Source: Candidatus Krumholzibacteriia bacterium
GTDB lineage: Bacteria; Krumholzibacteriota; Krumholzibacteriia; Krumholzibacteriales; Krumholzibacteriaceae
Direction: 5' to 3'
NCBI GenBank assembly: GCA_963836185.1
Contig: CAWIIQ010000001.1
Location: forward strand, 736,001 to 800,000
DNA: 64,000 nucleotides
Shown in pieces: positions 55,471 through 64,000 of the stretch (its first letter is position 1; each line of letters starts with the position of its first letter). A model generated the notes under the pieces. It was not told the origin of the DNA, did not search any database, and saw only the letters and a program-made list of their open reading frames with translations. Made by a program: the position numbers and the translations under genes.

Positions 55471-55574
55471 TGTAAACATATATTTACACGCATTTCAGGA
55501 ATCCACATAACTTCAATATAAATATAGCGATAATGTGTAAACTGCAATTTACCTGTATGTAAACAAGAGTTTAC
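55471..55574. promoter_or_regulatory. Three palindromic enhancer-like sites (GTAAA-N6-TTTAC)
   Basis: 55472-55487 GTAAACATATATTTAC, 55537-55552 GTAAACTGCAATTTAC, 55559-55574 GTAAACAAGAGTTTAC; each is preceded by T. Confidence 0.75.
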
Positions 55575-55595
55575 GAAAATGGGCATTTCCGGGGA

Positions 55596-57183
55596 TTATT
55601 TCTTCCGGGTGAACTTTTTGAGGATGCCGATGCCGAAAAGGGCGATCCTGACATGCGCGGCATGCTCTCTCGGGGCCAGGGCCCTTTCGGCTGTTTCGAG
55701 GTCGCTCACCCTTATCAGCCCTGTGACAGCGGCGAGGCCCTTGTAGACAGCCGAGCCCGCCACGAGCACGATGACGATACGGACCCAGGGCGACATCGAG
55801 ACTGTCGCCATAGCGAGGAGGGGATAGGCAGCTGCGAGTATAAGGGGGTGGATCAGCGAGAGCGGTGAGATCCGGGACCTGGATGTCGACCACATCATCA
55901 TCAGCAGTACGGCGGCGAGGAAGATGAAGGTGGCGAGGGTAGCGATCGCCGCGCCGGCGATCCCCATGCGGGGGATGAGGACCATATTGAGGACGATGTT
56001 CAGGACAGCCGCGCCGAGATAGGCGCTCGCCGCGAGGCGGCCCTTGCCGAAAGCTACGAGAGAGGCCCAGGATACCCGGCAGAAGATATCGGCCAGACCG
56101 ACCAGGACGAGTATCCTCGTGATCTCCGCGGAGGGGAGGAACTTCGGCAGGACGATTGAGAAGGCGTCAGGGGCCAGGGACCAGATCAGCATGACTACCG
56201 GTACGAGGATTATCAGTGTGATCCGTCCGGTGCTGCGTATCTGCCTGCGGAAGGCCTCCATGTCTCCAGAGGCCCGGGTCGCCGACAGAGAAGGGATAAG
56301 GGCCGTTCCCGCAGTCGATGAGATGACACTCAGAGCCGTGATCACGATCGCCGCCATCGCGTAGAATCCGAGCTGGTCGGCGGGCAGGTAGAACTTCACC
56401 ATTATCCGGTCCACCGTATTGATCAGGTTCCATCCGAGGCTGGCGAAGAAGAAGAAAAACCCGAAACCGAATACCTCCCTGAATCCCTGGACCAGCGGGC
56501 CCGAACCGGATGTCCAGTGCCGGATCGCTTTGCGGTGAAAATAGACCGTGAAGAGGAGCGCGCCGATCACTTCCGCTGTAAGGAATCCGGCGATGACCGA
56601 TACGACGTCGCGTCGCCAGAGGATCGCCGCTATAGGAAGGACAATATTGAGCAGTCCATGCACGACAGTGATGCCGGCGCGCAGCTTGCCGCGCTGGACG
56701 GCGAGATAGGTGACGGCGTAGAAGGCGTTGAGCGCGAGGAAGGGGATGATCAGGGCGTAGATCCTTATCGGGGCGGCAGCTTCCGGCTGATGGGCGATAT
56801 TCTCGGCGATCCAGGGGGCGAACACGATCAGCAGGATGCACCAGAGGGTCGAGAGGCCGAGGGTAAGCACGACGGCCGCGTTGTAGATCATCGCTGCCTT
56901 GTCCTTGCGCCCCTGCTGCAGGTATTCCGGGACCAGCCTGGCGAATGCCATGTTGAACCCGATGTTCGAGAAGATCACGAGGAGCTGGACGTATGATATG
57001 GGGATGTTAAGGAGCCCGTAGAGGGAAGGTCCGAGGATCCGGCTCGAGTATAACGCTGCGGATCGGCTTGAGCAGCGTCACCCCGATCTTCGACGCTGAT
57101 ACGAAGAATGTGTCGGATATCACCTTGGAGGTGGACAGGTCCACGGGAGAGCGGGTCTGATCTTCCGGATCGTTTTGATTCAT
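55596..57183 (-). CDS. MOP-superfamily polysaccharide flippase (Wzx-like; frameshifts near the N-terminus)
   Basis: Many TM segments; 'GP..YG', 'DRIMV..YL...QLGFY', 'NIVLN.VLIP.MG..GAA.AT'. Confidence 0.82.
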
Positions 57184-57194
57184 GCTCTGCGAAC

Positions 57195-58581
57195 CTATTT
57201 CTTGTACTGGCTGATGAACTCCTCGACCTCGGGGATGCCTCCCTGGTAGATCAGGTAGCCGTTGTGCGGCTCCCGCTCCGTGATCTCGCCCGCGATCGGG
57301 GTCAGCATGATCTTCTTGACCTCTTCGCGGTCCTCGCTCTGGCCGAGCGCCCATCCGAGCTTAACATACGCCACCTCGGGCAGCATGTTATAAGACGGTA
57401 TGACGCCGAGGTCCATCATGTCGCGCCCCGTGTCGTACACGTACATCTGTACGTAACCCCAGAGCGTCTGCACGGTCATGTATACTGAGATCCCCTCATC
57501 GTACGCCCTCTTGAGAGCGGGGTAGAGAGGCTTGTTGACGTGCCCGAGGCCTGTGCCTGCGATGACGATCCCCCTGTACCCGTTGTCTATCAGAGAATCG
57601 ATGATGTCGGGCTTCATGTTGGGGTAGTAGTAGACGATCGAGACGCGATCGTCGAAGGCCGTGTTGATCTTGACGTTCGTGTCTTTCCTGCGCTTCTTGA
57701 TGTCGCTGCGAAGCGGCGTGAACTTCTCGCGGTCGACCATTGCCAGCGGGATGTCGCCGATCGTCCTGAAGGTCGACCTGTACGACGAATGCATCTTGCG
57801 CACACGCGTTCCCCTGTGAAGCAGGGCGTACTGGTCGCTCGTGGGGCCGAACATGCAGACCATCACTTCGGCGTAGTCGCTGTAGGCTGCGGTGCGCGTC
57901 GCGTGTATCAGATTCAGCGCGGCGTCGCTCGACGGGCGGTCGCTCGAGCGCTGTGAGCCGACCATCACGATCGGAACGGGTGAGTCCTGGACCATGAAGG
58001 AGAGGATCGCCGCCGTGTGATGCATCGTATCTGTGCCGTGCCCGATGACTACGCCCGCTACGCCCTTTTCTATCTCCTCGCCGATCTTCTCCGGCCGTGC
58101 CTTTCCACTGCTCGGGGCCCATGTTCTCGCTGAAGACGCCGTACATCTTCTCGGTCTCGAGGTTGCAGACGTCGGCGAGCTCGGGAACGGAGCCGTAGAG
58201 CTCACCCGGGGTGAAGGCGGGGATGACCGCGCCGGTGCGGTAGTCGAGCCTCGAGGCGATCGTGCCGCCCGTGCCGAGGAGTTTTACCATCGGCTTTTTC
58301 GGATCGTAGGGGAATTCCTTCTCGGGGATCTTGTAGTGCGCCTCGCGCTTGCCGTGCGTGACCATCGATTCGATCGTGCCGACGGCCAGGCCGACGTTAT
58401 AGCCGGTGTCGAGCTTGAGCACGACGTGGTTGTTATCGGCGGTCTCGGACCTGGGGAGGATGATCCCCCTGAAATCACCGCGTGTCGAGTGGACCTCGAC
58501 GTCGAACCAGACGCCGGCTTCGAACTTCTTGAGGCACTCCAGCGCGTCGCCCATGTATCCCTTGTAGATATCGTCGCCCAC
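57195..58581 (-). CDS. gatD: Glu-tRNA(Gln) amidotransferase subunit D (frameshift near 58095)
   Basis: GatD N-terminal domain 'VVLKLDTGYNVG', then asparaginase-like 'TGGTIASRLDYRTGAV', 'HGTDTM', 'GSQRSSDRPSSDA', 'VRKMHSS.R'. Confidence 0.92.
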
Positions 58582-58605
58582 GTTAACCTTCCTTAGCGCC
58601 GCCTG

Positions 58606-60516
58606 TTAAGACGCTACGAAACGGCCCGCGAAGTCGAATGCCTCGCGGCCCGTGATATATCCCCTGAATTGTATCGCCAGCTGGCCGGTCAGGTATCTTA
58701 CCAGCTTGTCTTTCTCTATGTCGGGGAGCTCGACCGAACCGGCGAACTCCTTCATCTTCTTTTCGAGAGTCTTTTTATCGAGGACGTTGAAAGATTCCGC
58801 GGCCTCATCCGGCTCGATCCCTTCACCGCATGTCTTTCCCAGAAGGACTTCGAGGCTCAGCGCCGGCAACTTCTTTTTGCCGGCCGCGGTGATGGTCCCG
58901 ACGAACGCCTCGTCGCTGCATTCCGGCACGCCGTCGCGGCGGCGCAGCCTGCGCATCCCTCTGAGCAGCAGCTCAGCCACGGTCAGCGGCGCGAACTCAG
59001 TCTCCGCTACGGCCGCGTCGAACGCGTACCTGCGTTTCGAGATGCTCATCCTTCGCGCCGTTTCCCTGTCGAGCCCCATCTCTTCATATCTTTTCTGCCT
59101 GTCCCACGGAAGCTCGGCGAGGTTCGACCTGATCCTCTCGATGCGATCCTCGGTGATGGCGATCGGAGGGAGGTCCGTATCGGGATACATCCTGTTCGGA
59201 CCGGGCAGTATCCTCTCGAAACCGTTCGTCCCGTCGGCCAGGGCCTGCCTGGTCTCGTCGGGAATGCCGACAGTCGCCTCTTTCGCTCTTAACGCGATCT
59301 CACTGATAGCCATCTTCGCGTCTTCCTTGCTGCCCCATACGACGACTACCACATCGTCACCGGTCGTCTTCGAGTGTTTCTTGATCTTCGTCCACTCAGC
59401 GCTCGAGAATGTCTCGCCTTCGCTGTCGGAGTGAGCGATATTGGGCAGGATGTCGAGGCAGGCGACGACGCGCACCCTGTCGGATATCTCCTTCGAGAAT
59501 GTCGTCTCGGGTTGAGTCTTCGTCGGCAGGATGCCGCTGAAACCGCGCAGCACGACAGCGTGGACCTGAAGGCCCGACTTCAGCGCCTTCGAAACGGGAT
59601 AATATTGAGTTCCCTTGAGGACGTTGGTGACCTCTACCGAGTCGAACTTGAATGTCCCCTCCGTGATACCCTTCTTGTTGAGCCGGTCCCTTATCTCGAG
59701 CAGCGCGAGCTGCCTGAACGCCTCGTTATGTACGAGAAGCGGGATCATCGGGATGCGGGGCACGCCCTTAATCTCTATCCTGCGCCCGCCGGCGACCGAG
59801 ACGTTTACGTCCTGCCTCGTACGGCCGAGGCCGGTGCGGACCTTGCCTGTCGAGCGGGTAAGGTGCCTGATGACCTGCGCCACATCGGCAACTTCCTGCG
59901 GGGTGCGCATCTCGGGGTAAGTGACGGTCTCGATAAGGGGGATGCCGAGACGGTCGGTCCTGTAGACGCGGTCATGGCCGATATCGGTGATCTCGCGGCA
60001 GGCGTCCTCCTCGAGCCCGAGCTGGATGATACCGATCCGGCGGTCGCCGTACGGTATCGAGCCGTCGACGCCGAGGATCGTAGTCCGTTGAAAGCCTGTC
60101 GGGATCGATCCGTCGAGGTATTGTTTTCTCGCTATGTGGACCTCGCTGACGAGCTTGCAGCCGAGCAGCATAGTGATTTCGAGCGCGATGTCGAGCGCCT
60201 GCAGATTGAGCTCGAAGGGCGGCGTGTCATCCATCTCGTAGGTACAGACCGTTTCCTTGTTTATCTGGTATATGATGTTTTTCTTTGTCTTGAACTCCAT
60301 CAGGGCGGTTCCATCGTACTCGCCCAGTTCGGAGAGTGTGGGCCTCATGTGGCGGAGGATCTGCGCGTCGAACTCTTCGCTGTAGGGACGAATCGGGCAG
60401 CGGCAGAAGAGCTTCTTCTCAGTGTCAAGTTGCTGGTGTATCTCGAGGCCGCTCTTCATACCTATCGCCTGGTAGTCCTCGAGCGTCATCTCGCCAAGTT
60501 GTCGGAATTCGATCAC
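58606..60516 (-). CDS. gatE: Glu-tRNA(Gln) amidotransferase subunit E
   Basis: 'DYQAIGMKSGLEIHQQLDT.KKLFC.CP', 'DGSIPTGFQRT', 'LEEDACR', 'DRLGIPLIE', 'RQDVNVS', AspRS-like insert, 'P.ETR....DG...F.R.LPG..RMYPDTD.PP'. GTG at 60516 after a GGGAG RBS. Confidence 0.93.
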   Translation of the reverse strand: MIEFRQLGEMTLEDYQAIGMKSGLEIHQQLDTEKKLFCRCPIRPYSEEFDAQILRHMRPTLSELGEYDGTALMEFKTKKNIIYQINKETVCTYEMDDTPPFELNLQALDIALEITMLLGCKLVSEVHIARKQYLDGSIPTGFQRTTILGVDGSIPYGDRRIGIIQLGLEEDACREITDIGHDRVYRTDRLGIPLIETVTYPEMRTPQEVADVAQVIRHLTRSTGKVRTGLGRTRQDVNVSVAGGRRIEIKGVPRIPMIPLLVHNEAFRQLALLEIRDRLNKKGITEGTFKFDSVEVTNVLKGTQYYPVSKALKSGLQVHAVVLRGFSGILPTKTQPETTFSKEISDRVRVVACLDILPNIAHSDSEGETFSSAEWTKIKKHSKTTGDDVVVVVWGSKEDAKMAISEIALRAKEATVGIPDETRQALADGTNGFERILPGPNRMYPDTDLPPIAITEDRIERIRSNLAELPWDRQKRYEEMGLDRETARRMSISKRRYAFDAAVAETEFAPLTVAELLLRGMRRLRRRDGVPECSDEAFVGTITAAGKKKLPALSLEVLLGKTCGEGIEPDEAAESFNVLDKKTLEKKMKEFAGSVELPDIEKDKLVRYLTGQLAIQFRGYITGREAFDFAGRFVAS

Positions 60517-60536
60517 CCGTTGCTCCCTTCCCTTTA

Positions 60537-61946
60537 TCAGCAGTCGAGGTAGAGCTGGACCTCGAGCGGATGGGTGCGGTTTCGCACCGGCCATACGTCC
60601 TTGTCAAATTTCAATGCGATCCAGTCCTCGATCATCGTCGCGTCGAAGACGTCGCCCTGCAGGAGGAACTCGTGATCCCTCTCCAGTTCACGCAGCGCCT
60701 CGGCGAGCGAGCCGGGCAGAGCCTTGATCTTTCCGCGCTCCTCCGGAGTCATCTCGAAGACGTTTACCTCAAGCGGTCCGAACCCGAGTTCCTTCGGGTC
60801 GAGCTTGTTGCGGATACCGTCGATCCCGGCCATCAGCTGGGCGGCCATCGAGAGGTAGATGTTTCCAGTCGCGTCGGGGGGCCTGAACTCGAGCCTCTTC
60901 TTCTCCGGCGTAGAGGCATATTTCGGGATCCTGATAGCGGCCGACCTGTTGCCGAGCGAGAAGAAGGCGTTGACCGGCGCCTCGAAACCGGGCACGAGAC
61001 GTTTGTACGAGTTCGTGCTCGGGTTGGTCAGTGCGAGCAGTGCGGGGGAGTGGTGGAGCAGCCCGGCGATATACTGGAGCGCCGTTTTGCTCAGCCCCGC
61101 GTAACCCGCCTTGCTGTAGAAGAGGGGCTTGCCCTTCTTGAAGAGGTGCTGGTGGAAGTGCATCCCGTTGCCCGCTTCGTTATGTATCGGCTTGGGCATG
61201 AATGTCGCGATCATCCCCGCCTCGTCGGCGGCCATGCGCACGAAATATTTTACGATCATCGAGATGTCGCCCATCTTCGTCAGCGGCGCGAACTCGACCT
61301 CGATCTCGCCCTGGCCGTGGCCGCCTACCTCGTGATGGTGATACTTGATGCCGATGCCCGCTTCCTCGAGCAGGACGACGGTGCGGTCACGCACGCCGGC
61401 GAGCTTGTCCTCGGGGGGCAGGGCGTGGTATCCGGCGTGTGTCTTCAGCCCGAAGCTTCCCTTGTTCTCGCCTTCACGCGGGATGATCTCGTAGCCGAAA
61501 CTGAGGTTCGATGTGTCTACGAGGACCTCGTCGAATATGTAGTACTCGAACTCCGGCCCCCACATCGAGACGTCTGCGATCGCAGTCTTCTTCAGAAAGG
61601 CCTCGGCCTTGCGCGCGATGTGTCTCGGGTCGCGGGGGAATGGTTTTTTCGAGTCTGCCTCTACGATGTCGCATATGAAGCATGCCGTAGGGACCTTGCT
61701 GAACGGATCGACGAACCCGGTCGAGAGGTCGGGGACGAGGGAGAGGTCGCCCAGCTCGACCGTCTTGAGGCCGGCGAAGTTCGAGCCGTCGAACCCGAGG
61801 CCTTCCGAGAAAAGCTTGCTGCCGGCGTTCGACGCCGGGACGGTCAGGCGGTGCCAGCGACCGAGATAATCGGTGAACTTGAGGTCGATCAGCTTGATGC
61901 CTTGCCGCTTTATCTCAGACTTGAGTTTCGTGATAGAGGTAAAGAT
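60537..61946 (-). CDS. glnA: Glutamine synthetase type I
   Basis: One open frame of 469 codons: 'IDLKFTD..GRW', 'FDGS', 'GPEFEYY', 'HHHEV', 'TFMPKP', 'GNGMH.H', 'NSYKRLVPGFEAP', 'NRSAAIRIP', 'EFRPPD'. The first codon is ATC. Confidence 0.93.
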   Translation of the reverse strand: MFTSITKLKSEIKRQGIKLIDLKFTDYLGRWHRLTVPASNAGSKLFSEGLGFDGSNFAGLKTVELGDLSLVPDLSTGFVDPFSKVPTACFICDIVEADSKKPFPRDPRHIARKAEAFLKKTAIADVSMWGPEFEYYIFDEVLVDTSNLSFGYEIIPREGENKGSFGLKTHAGYHALPPEDKLAGVRDRTVVLLEEAGIGIKYHHHEVGGHGQGEIEVEFAPLTKMGDISMIVKYFVRMAADEAGMIATFMPKPIHNEAGNGMHFHQHLFKKGKPLFYSKAGYAGLSKTALQYIAGLLHHSPALLALTNPSTNSYKRLVPGFEAPVNAFFSLGNRSAAIRIPKYASTPEKKRLEFRPPDATGNIYLSMAAQLMAGIDGIRNKLDPKELGFGPLEVNVFEMTPEERGKIKALPGSLAEALRELERDHEFLLQGDVFDATMIEDWIALKFDKDVWPVRNRTHPLEVQLYLDC

Positions 61947-62100
61947 GTCACAACCCCCCTGTTTTCAATACGTTCTGAAGATGGCCACACGCCCCGGACG
62001 GGGCGCTGGCGCGGATTTCCAATATATTTGATGATATACCCTCTATCAAGGATTAAATGCCCGTTATTACGAGGGTTGAGGCATCATTCCCGGAGTCTTG

Positions 62101-63432
62101 TCATCGCGGGACATGCATGCGGCGGACTGCGTGGTTGTTCGTGTCCGCTATATAGATGTAGCCATCTGCGACATGCAGGCCGTTCGGATGGTCGAGCTGT
62201 GCGGATGCGGCGCCGCCGCCGTCGCCCGTGTAGCCCGCTCCGTTCCCGCCGGCGAGGAGTTCAAGTGTCCCGCCAGCAAGGGGGACGCGCCTGACAGCAT
62301 GGTTCATACTGTCGGCGATGTAGATGTATCCTTCGTAAACAGCTATCCCGTTCGGCTGCCACAGGCCGCCCGCGACAGTCTCGATGTTGCCTCCAACGGT
62401 GAACGAGCGGATCAGTCCGCGGACCGTCGATACGTAGAAGGTCCCGTTGAATTCCCGTATGCAGGACGGGTGCGTAAGAGATGCCGCTGTAGCAGGGCCT
62501 CCGTCACCGAGGTCGCCATAGTAGGTGCCGTCACCGGCGACAGTACCGATGTCGCCGCCGACACTGAACATCCGGATCCTGTCATTGCCGGTATCCGCAA
62601 CGTAGACATCGTTTCCATCTGCCCAGACTCCGTACGGGTCGAGCATTTTCGCGAGGAGAGCCTCTCCGCCATCCCCGGTGTAGCCTGGCATGTATACCGT
62701 GCCGCCTACCCGCTCGAATGTACCGCCTTCCTGGAAGCGGCAGACGCAGTGGACGTTGCCAGCGACGTAGATCCAGTCGCCCGTTATCCAGATATCGTTC
62801 GGCCGGCCTATATATGAATGGTCCTCGATGGTGGTGATATTCCCTCCGACAGCGAACTTGCGTATCGCCGTGTTCATATGATCGGCTACATAGACGCTGG
62901 CTCCCACGCACACTACTGACCACGGTTCGTTGAGCTGGGCACCGGTGGCCGGCCCGTCGTCACCGCTGTCCCCGCTGTCGTTGCCGCCGGCGATCGTCTC
63001 GATCTTGTTGGTAACATTGTTCGCGACCGGTGTCGCTGTAAATGAGGCGAGTGGATTGGACGGGTCCGCCGTATCCTGCACGTCGCCGGTGGCCATGTCG
63101 TACTGGAGGGTCAGTGTGTGGGGATACAGGACCGGGTGCGGCAGGGTCAGGGTCAGTGATGTTGTGCCTGATCCATCGAGACTGCTGATCGTGACGCCTG
63201 TGCTGTTTAAAGTAACGGCAAAACCGGCGGCGCTTGAAGCGGTCACCGCTTCATCGAATGTCAGCACTATATCCTGGGGGGCGGCATCCTCTACTGTCAT
63301 GCTTACGACCTGCGGCTCTTCGGTGTCAGGCGGATCTCCACCTGTCGGTGTCGTTGAATCGTCACCGCATCCGGCCCATATTACGGAAGTGAGACTGAGA
63401 AGAACGATGAGCAACCGGTTTCGTAAAAGCAT
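62101..63432 (-). CDS. NHL-repeat lipoprotein with an N-terminal Ig-like domain
   Basis: Lipobox 'WAGC'; repeats 'G..GDGGPAT.A.L..P.G....YVAD..N..IR'. Confidence 0.85.
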   Translation of the reverse strand: MLLRNRLLIVLLSLTSVIWAGCGDDSTTPTGGDPPDTEEPQVVSMTVEDAAPQDIVLTFDEAVTASSAAGFAVTLNSTGVTISSLDGSGTTSLTLTLPHPVLYPHTLTLQYDMATGDVQDTADPSNPLASFTATPVANNVTNKIETIAGGNDSGDSGDDGPATGAQLNEPWSVVCVGASVYVADHMNTAIRKFAVGGNITTIEDHSYIGRPNDIWITGDWIYVAGNVHCVCRFQEGGTFERVGGTVYMPGYTGDGGEALLAKMLDPYGVWADGNDVYVADTGNDRIRMFSVGGDIGTVAGDGTYYGDLGDGGPATAASLTHPSCIREFNGTFYVSTVRGLIRSFTVGGNIETVAGGLWQPNGIAVYEGYIYIADSMNHAVRRVPLAGGTLELLAGGNGAGYTGDGGGAASAQLDHPNGLHVADGYIYIADTNNHAVRRMHVPR

Positions 63433-63648
63433 GACTCCTCCTTTGCACCTGACAACGCAATACCCCTTCCCGGACTTCTACTACAGAGCGGGCAGGCACG
63501 CAAATATTTTTAAAGTTAAATCATTAGCATATCAGTCTGTTATAAACGCCTGGCCAGACCTCATGAAAGCTGCCCGAAAGGAATCAAAACTTGACACCGG
63601 CGGCAATGTGATGTTAAACGGAGGCAGACATTTAACGGGAGGGATCGC

Positions 63649-64000
63649 ATGAGCGACCAGAAGGTCCTTAACCGCTGGATAGTGGTGGCGGGCGCCATCC
63701 TCATTCAGCTCTGTCTCGGCGCGATCTACGCGTGGAGCGTATTTACGAAGCTTCTGACGATCGAAGGCGGAGACTACGGCTTCAGCGCGAAGCAGGCCGC
63801 GTGGGTATTCTCGGCCGGCCTGGCGACATTCGCCGTATTCACCGTAATCGGCGGAAGGCTGCAGAAGAAGCACGGGCCGAGACTCGTGGCGATGGCCGGC
63901 GGACTGATCCTCGGTCTCGGCTACATCCTCGGCGGTTTCCTCGGCAGTTCTTTCATGACACAGCTCATCTTCATCGGAATCGTCGGCGGAGCCGGTATCG
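63649..64000 (+). CDS. OFA family MFS transporter (oxalate/formate antiporter-like), 3'-truncated
   Basis: 'NRWIVVAGAILIQLCLGAIYAWSVF', 'GGRLQ.K.GPR'. RBS GGGAGG; TTGACA at 63591. Confidence 0.88.
   Translation, partial: MSDQKVLNRWIVVAGAILIQLCLGAIYAWSVFTKLLTIEGGDYGFSAKQAAWVFSAGLATFAVFTVIGGRLQKKHGPRLVAMAGGLILGLGYILGGFLGSSFMTQLIFIGIVGGAGI

Noticed and set aside
61960-62030. Glutamine (glnA) riboswitch upstream of glnA
   Set aside because: Only a simple GC hairpin (CGCCCCGGACGGGGCG) is present; the conserved three-way-junction sequence is not visible.
60336-62294. 652-aa plus-strand ORF and similar long antisense ORFs (e.g. 51883..53226, 3254..4504)
   Set aside because: These are shadow frames of well-supported genes on the opposite strand, common in high-GC DNA.
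63517-63543. IHF-like site between the NHL lipoprotein and the MFS gene as a second sigma54 system
   Set aside because: TATCAGTCTGTTA fits the IHF consensus, but I found no convincing -24/-12 promoter or GTAAA-N6-TTTAC site nearby.

Overview
A GC-rich (roughly 60%) window from a diderm, probably anaerobic bacterium. A secreted S8 protease ending in a 'QNYPNPFNP...SG.YFYRL' FlgD-type tail, plus many lipoproteins and outer-membrane barrels, suggests an FCB-related candidate lineage such as Krumholzibacteriota or Latescibacterota (inference only). Many genes, including essential ones (ntpA, gatD), are split by single-base indels, which look like long-read assembly errors; split genes are reported as single CDSs. 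In order, the window holds: a large LVIVD-repeat protein; a complete V/A-type ATPase operon (G-C-I-K-F-E-A-B-D) with USP; PTS-EIIA; a short 2-hydroxyacyl-CoA dehydratase-like/activase pair; bioY; two anaerobic sulfatase maturases, a PPIase-less trigger-factor paralog and a Ser-type arylsulfatase; prolyl oligopeptidase; S8-PKD protease; a transport/ion-channel cluster; TonB-ExbB-ExbD; several housekeeping enzymes; menA; a flippase; and a glnA-gatE-gatD run encoding the normally archaeal GatDE amidotransferase. The strongest unexplained signal is an uncalled 26-aa peptide gene (MFHFTSIAMIIALMIAGKSVWGKSVW, 55185-55265 minus). It has its own sigma54 promoter, IHF site, three enhancer palindromes and two terminators. 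There is also a promoter-driven, ORF-less, 6S-like RNA at about 42189-42343. No CRISPR array, rRNA, tRNA or mobile element was found.
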